A DNA stretch of 64,000 bases from Octopus sinensis (taxonomy: Eukaryota). Below, piece after piece: positions 57,598 to 64,000 of the stretch. Position 1 is the first letter of the stretch, and every line of letters begins with the position of its first letter. Below the pieces are notes generated by a model. That model had not been told where the DNA came from. It worked only from the letters and a program-made list of their open reading frames with translations, and did no database searches. The position numbers and the translations under genes are program-made. The stretch spans positions 5,890,001 through 5,954,000 of the forward strand of contig NC_043013.1 in NCBI RefSeq assembly GCF_006345805.1, read 5' to 3'.

Positions 57598-58327
57598 CTG
57601 AAAGTCAAGAACTAAACAATGCTTGTTCACACTACTCTATGTCCTGTGTACTTTCATTGAAACCACTAAAACATGCAATCACACACACACACACAAACAC
57701 ATGCTTGTACATATACACTTTCTGCATGTGAGTATCTAATCACCATCATTTAACACCCGTTTTCCATGCTGGGATGGGTTGCACCATATATGTACATGCA
57801 GACACATATTTGTTAATGTGTATTAGTTATGATGTGGTGGGGTAGGTGAATAAATATAAACATTAAATTTGTTTTCTCTGGTTTCTATGTTACATGTCTG
57901 GGCAACCTATGTATATGTATATAAACACATGCACGTGTGTGCACGCACACACACACATACACATTGTAAATATATGAAGAAAACAGTGCAGAGGGGAAAA
58001 GAAATATTTCTAATTTTCAGACACCCAACAAACATGGAATATTGTTGCATTTTAGAGAGAACATATTGAGAAAGATTGTAATCATTATTTGAGGGACATG
58101 TAGGGGTTTCAGATTGCATGGAACATTAGGAACTCTCAATGAACAAATACCATGACCCAGCTTTAATTCTCAGTTAGAGCCCTTTAATTTAAATCACACC
58201 CTTACTGCTATGTGGGAAAGACAAGGATGTTAGTTTCTGTTTTTATGTTCTCCTTAAAAACTGTTCAAAAAAGAACCCCCCCACTAAAAAAAAAACAAAA
58301 AAATTATACTGTAAACAAACAAAGAGT

Positions 58328-58712
58328 ATAGGCGCAGGCATGGCTGTGTGGTAAGAAGTTTGGTTCCCAGCCACATGATTCTATGTTCAGTCCCACAGTG
58401 TGGAACTTTGAGGATGTATTTTCTACTATAGCCTCAGACAGGCCTAAGCCTTGTGAGTGGATTTGGTAGGCAGAAATTAAAATTAATATGTGTGTGTTTT
58501 TGTGTCTATGTTTGTCTCCCACCATTGCTTGACAATCAGTGTCAGTGTGTTTATGTCCCCATATCTTAACAGTTCAGCAAAGGAGATTAATAGAATAAGT
58601 ACTAGGTTAAAAAATACAAAAACAAAGTACTTGGTTGATTCATTTGACTAAAAATTCTTCAAGGCAGTACACCAGCATGGCCACAGTCTGATGACTGAAA
58701 CAATTAAAAGAG
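58328..58712 (+). mobile_element. Family-2 SINE (tail X)
   Basis: ggcgcaggcatggctgtgtggtaagaag head through gactgaaacaattaaaag tail. Confidence 0.8.
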
Positions 58713-60774
58713 AAACACAAAAGAGTAAACTTAATGCTCTTGTAGAGTAGGAATTCCAGTACACACATGTATTTATGTATATCATGCCAGCACCAACCAA
58801 TTGTGGCCGATGCCAGACTCCCCTGGCACCTGTGCTGGTGGCACGTAAAAAGCACCCACTACACTCGCGGAGTGGTTGGCGTTAGGAAGGGCATCCAGCT
58901 GTAGAAACACTGCCAGATCAGACTGGAGCCTGGTGCAGCCCCTGGCTTCCAAGACCCTGGTCGAACCGTCCAACCCGTGCTAGCGCGGAAAACGGACGTT
59001 AAATGATGATGATCATGATCATCATAGATTTCTGACAAGTTTCTACCAACCAAATTCTACTTGTTTTGTACTGATCAACCAAAGGTTTATAGTAGACGCT
59101 TACCCAAGGTGCTATGATATGAGATGAAATTGAGAACCACATGGTTGCAAAAGAAACTTCTTAAACACACAGCCATTGCTGTACATCATCATCATCATCC
59201 TCATCATTTTACATCCATTTTCCATGTTGACATGGGTTGGTTGAGTGTTATCACAATGCTAGTCATTTCTTATTGGGAGGTTTTGTTCCCACAAACTCGT
59301 ACATGTTATTTGGTGGGGTTTCTACGACTGGATGCCCTTCTAATCACCAACCAGTTTACACAGTGTACTGGGTGTGTTTCATGGCACCAACACTAGTCAG
59401 GTTGAATAAAATGGACCATTTTTATTTGACCTTTTAGCAATCAAATTATTCTGTCCAATGCAAGGCTTATTTATCCACATTGTTTTGAGTTGATTATGCA
59501 TTATGTCATAGCTTCAAGATTTCGATGATGTGATTGCTTATTTTTAGAATGACACTATAGGATAGGTATGGGACACCAAAAAACAGTTAGAATATTTGGC
59601 CAGATATGGCCAGCTTAAACACCAAAGAGCTAATTTACTTCTTTTTACTGGAAAACAATCAAATCCCCACAAAGATTTGAGGCACTTCAGTTAGTTTGGT
59701 TTCTCATAAACCAAAATGAACCTAATGAAAGAAATCGCTAGCATTCGGAGTACAACAAGTACAGCACCGATTGCTGTGATATTTAATGTGTTGCTTGTAT
59801 AGATGAAGGCATGATCTATAGGAATAAATGTATGGTTAATTTGCTGAGCACCCTTGAGGTCTCAGGTCCAACCTTGGACAAGTGTCTTCCACATATATTA
59901 TAGCCTTGGACCATCCAATAACTTTTAGTGGAATTAGTAAAAGGAAACTGAATGGAAGCCCATTGTATATGTTTATATATGAATGTGTGTGAAATTGTCA
60001 TATTAACATTCCCAGTGAGCATCACAATCTGCAACTCAGTGATTTCAAAGTGTAATGGAATAATAAAAAAAAACCCCTCACTTAAAAAACAAGGACTGGT
60101 GATAAAAAGAGTGTTCAGCAGTAAATATATACTGTCTTGAATAAGTATCCACCTAACCTATGCTGGCATAGAAAAATGGAAGTAAAATAAACATATGAAT
60201 TGAAATAGTGCACAGTTACAATATAAATGTCTTTAAGATACTCAAGGAGATGGAAGAAAATGAAAAGTTCAGAGTTATTGATCAGGTTTTATGGTGCTAA
60301 ATGACAGACAAACCTTCATTTAACTGAAATGATGCAAACTAGAACAAAGTACCCTGCCAAAGAGACATTACAAAAAGTGGATTTGGACACAAAGCCTATG
60401 AGCTGGTAGTCAAATATCTTATTCGTACAGCAATTTCACCTCAAGTTGGAGATAGTCGGCATCAATAAAACCATAGACCAGAAATATGAAAATCGGCCAA
60501 TTGGCCTTGTGTCGAAGTGAAAACAAAAAATCAATATTTGGTATAATTTTAAATAAACAAATTCTTTTGAAGATATATAACTGTAACTTGTAAATATCGA
60601 ATAGATATAATCTGGTTGGGGTAAAGGGGAGGGGAGGTGGGAGAATCTCATAGACATACACAGACACACAGACAGACGATACTTAAGCAGACACACTGTT
60701 GGTCGAATACATGTTCACACATGCACAAATATATATTCACAATCATAGCAATACACATTATCTTTTTCTCTCTC

Positions 60775-60779
<5 letters not shown>

Positions 60780-60815
<36 letters not shown>

Positions 60816-60895
60816 CTATGTATATATATAAATATAAAAAAATGTATGTATATATATATATATAAATGCTTCTCTCTCTCTCTCTCTCTCTGTAT

Positions 60896-60930
<35 letters not shown>

Positions 60931-61114
60931 GATATATATATTGACACACACACACAAATTCATACATACATTACTATACACACGCACAGATACGCATAAT
61001 CATACACACAATTACATAAAGCTGAAGAGCCTGTTTGGGTGAACTAAACAATTAAACAAACAAATAAATAATAAAGTAAAAGAATAAAAATAAATAACAA
61101 TAACAACAACCATT

Positions 61115-61148
<34 letters not shown>

Positions 61149-61172
61149 GTAATAACAACAACAACAACAACA
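60780..61172. repeat. Compound (TA)n/(CT)n/(CA)n then (AAT)n/(AAC)n microsatellites
   Basis: Directly visible. Confidence 0.9.
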
Positions 61173-61344
61173 GTTGCTTCCGTAGTGAATTAGCAGTCAG
61201 TTTCATAATCAATATAATCATATGTACTTGAGAATAACATTCAAATCGGACAACATGGCTGACTTCAGACAGTGCACACTTCAGAATTTATGTGAACGAT
61301 AGGGAACAACAATGGCCAGGAATCGATTTGCTGAAAGTCACAGA

Positions 61345-61440
61345 GACGAGGAGAGAGAGAGAGAGAGAAAAGAGAGAGAGAGACAGTCTGAGAAGGAGAT
61401 ACAGAGAGAGAGAGAGAGAGACATTCAGAGAAGGAGATAC

Positions 61441-61476
<36 letters not shown>

Positions 61477-61694
61477 AAAGAGAGAGAGAGAGAAGAGAGA
61501 AAAGAGAGAGAGAGAGAGAAGCATGCAGAGAAGGAGATAGAGTCAGAGAAAGAGAGAAAAATATGCAGAGGAGAAAGTGGGAGGGAGCAAGACATGTACA
61601 GAGAGAGAGAGAGAGAAACATGCTGAGGAGAGACATATAGAGTTAGAGAGAGAGACATGCAGAGGAGGAGATACAGAGAGAGAGAGAGAGAGTC

Positions 61695-61733
<39 letters not shown>

Positions 61734-61930
61734 ATGCAGAGGAGAAAGAGAGTGGGAGGGAGCGAGAAATGCAGAAAGAGAGAGAAACATGCAGAGAAGG
61801 AGAGACATATATATAGAGAGAGATATAGAGTCAGAGAGAGAGAGAGAGAGAAACCTGCAGAGAAGGAAAAAGAGAGTGGTAAAGGAGCAAGACATGCAGA
61901 GAGATAGAGAGAGAGATAAAGAGAGAAAGA
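61345..61930. repeat. ~590-bp purine-rich (GA)n satellite with recurring spacer words (acatgcagag, ggagatacag, gagtcagag)
   Basis: Directly visible. Confidence 0.92.
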
Positions 61931-62939
61931 AAGAATTTTCAGATTACTGAAGGGAGTAATAAATAAACAGAAACATACAAATTCAAGGTAGTCCCCTCGA
62001 TAACATTGCAGGGTGTTGTTCAAAAATCCCATTATTCAACCATGACTGCCACACTAGAAATGTATGTGTGTGTGTGTGTGAGTATGAGAGAGTATGTGTG
62101 TATGTGTGTGTATGTGCAGACAAGTGTCTGTCTGTCTATATGTATGTGTGAGTGTGTATGCGCATGTCTACTTGTGTGAGTGTGTATGTGTGTGTGTACA
62201 CATGTATTTCAGACGAGCGTGATTGTGTACAGACGTAGAGTTATATGAGGTTGCAAGTATTGAAATTTAATCATCATGAAACAAACAAAAAAAAAATAGA
62301 TAAATAAATAAAACAGAATAAAATAATTCCCATAGAAGTGGGATGGGATATGAGGGTTGGGGGTGGAGGATGAAATTAATTAATTAATAAAAATAAAATG
62401 TCAACAGTCTAAGAATATATTTTGTACTATACTGTTGTTATCAACCCACACCAAAATATTAGTTCCTTCCATCCTTCTCCACCACAGTCTATGGTTTAAA
62501 ACCTATCAGTGATGTGGGTGTGTACACATGTGTATTTTCACCACTGTGTCCTCCTGAGGACAATTAAAGCACACACTTCACTGACCACATATTTGCAATC
62601 ACGTTATTTGATGAATTGAACCAGATGATGCTTCTCTTCCTTGTGTTTGTTGGATGGCTGATTTTTTTTTTTTGGTTTAAGTATTATTATTATCAGGTTG
62701 GCTGTGTGATTAGGATGCTTGCTTTGCTAGATTCAATCCCAAAGTGTGGCACTGTGGACAAGGGACTTCTACTTTAACCCTGGCCTGTACCTTGTGGGTA
62801 AATTTAGGAGATGGAAACAGTATGGTAGCCCATTGTGTGTGTTTCTTTTATGCCTGTATTTGTCAAACTCACCGCCACTTCACAACAAGGATTGGTTTGA
62901 TTACATTCCTATAACTTAGTGGTTCAGAAAGAGAGAGCA

Positions 62940-63275
62940 AAGAGCCCCTTTGGTATGAATGACCATGGGATTGCATCTAGAAAGTTCCCCTCCAAGGCTC
63001 AAGTTCAGGCAACGTTGTTTGTGGAAGACCAGCAGTCGCCCATGCATATCAGCCTCCCCTCTTCATGCCACCGATGTTATCCAAGGGAAAGGCAAAGGCA
63101 GATACAGTTTGGCACTAATGATGTCACAACTTATTTCTACAGCTGAGTGAACTGGAGCAATGTGAAATAAAGTGTCTTGCTCAAAAACACAACATACAGC
63201 CTGCTTTGAGAATTGAACTCACAGTCTCACAATTATAAGCCCGACACTCTAACCACTGAACCATGTGCCTTCTCA
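62940..63275 (-). mobile_element. tRNA-derived SINE (family 5) inserted into a family-2 SINE (62695-63410)
   Basis: tRNA-like head, acagctgagtgaactggagcaa core (also at ~900-1040), RTE-like tail; the host resumes at cagcaaaagagacc. Confidence 0.65.
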
Positions 63276-64000
63276 GCAAAAGAGACCAATAGAATACTCA
63301 CAAAACTTTTTAAAAAAAAGTAAATCTAGGGGTTGATTTGTTTGACTTAAACCTTCAAAGTCAAACAAATCAACCCCAAGATTTACTTGACTGCAGTTCA
63401 ATGACTTAAGTGATAAAATTTCTCTTCTTTCTTATGACCCACTTCAAGAGCTTTACTTAGATACACTACACTGCAGTCTTGATACATTTCACTTGTCTGT
63501 GATTTTGTTTCTGTGTGCACTGGATTTCAAGTTGGTTTGATCAGTGATACAGAACTGGATAAGCAAGTTCTGATGGAATGTTTCTTTCTCTTCATTACTT
63601 GATATCTTTGGCCTTAACATTAAAAAAAAGAAAAAAAGAAAAACACTGTCACATCTGGTTAAATCAGCAGCCCTCGCAACATCTTTGTGTGTACAGTTGT
63701 CAGCCTGAAGTCGAGAAATGCTGTGTATGTTGGCAACATTTTATTTCAGACAAATACCATTCAAGAGGAAATCCCCAGCTGGCCTGGGAACGGTGCCAAC
63801 TCATTCAATAAGCTATAGCTAACTTTGGTCACTGAACTATGACAACATTGCCGCAAATATTGTTCACCTTTTCCTCTTCCCCTTTCTCCTGCTACCTCCC
63901 ACTATCTTAATTAATTATCCTTTTAAAGACTATCATCTGTTCTTTATCCAAAGCATTAGGTAATTCCTTGCCTTCTAGTAATCTAACATACCTTGCAGTT

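Larger units (their letters stand above)
60440..62053 (-). promoter_or_regulatory. Probable 5' region of JNK with three candidate UTR exons (61979-62053, 61228-61330, 60440-60611)
   Basis: Each block has an AG acceptor after a pyrimidine- or CA-rich tract and a GT donor (gtatgt, gtacat, gtgaaa). CpG dinucleotides are visibly more frequent than in the surrounding non-repeat DNA. Confidence 0.3.

Noticed and set aside
61265-62032. Long ORFs rich in RE/SL repeats (also 12323-12611, 25570-25842, 51679-52147, 60637-60987)
   Set aside because: These are translations of (GA)n, (TA)n or (CA)n microsatellites with no protein signature.

Overview
AT-rich, repeat-dense animal genomic DNA. It is most likely a coleoid cephalopod (Octopus); this is inferred from the SINE families and microsatellite load and is not verified. 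The window is occupied by one minus-strand gene, a c-Jun N-terminal kinase (JNK/MAPK8-10/bsk orthologue, TPY activation loop). I rebuilt nine GT-AG coding exons (48623 to 4998; 236/130/59/139/166/72/311/64/75 nt) that join in one open frame of 417 codons. The stop-containing last exon is not securely placed. The main observations are: (1) the intron after the 72-nt subdomain IX-X exon has a minor-spliceosome (U12-type) signature, GTATCCTTT donor plus a branch-point-like motif 12 nt from the AG; (2) inside that intron is a strong major-spliceosome acceptor that opens an in-frame 41-codon candidate terminal exon followed by AATAAA, a possible major/minor-spliceosome switch giving a truncated JNK (hypothesis); (3) a 40-aa N-terminal extension with two in-frame ATGs; (4) candidate 5'UTR exons with uORFs. 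The introns hold modular tRNA-derived SINEs, RTE and CR1/L2-type LINE fragments, mariner relics, hAT- and TTAA-type MITEs, a triple-nested Merlin-like foldback element, and several hairpins that could be ADAR substrates. Most entries in the ORF track are repeat or microsatellite artefacts. No CRISPR, rRNA or intact tRNA gene was found.
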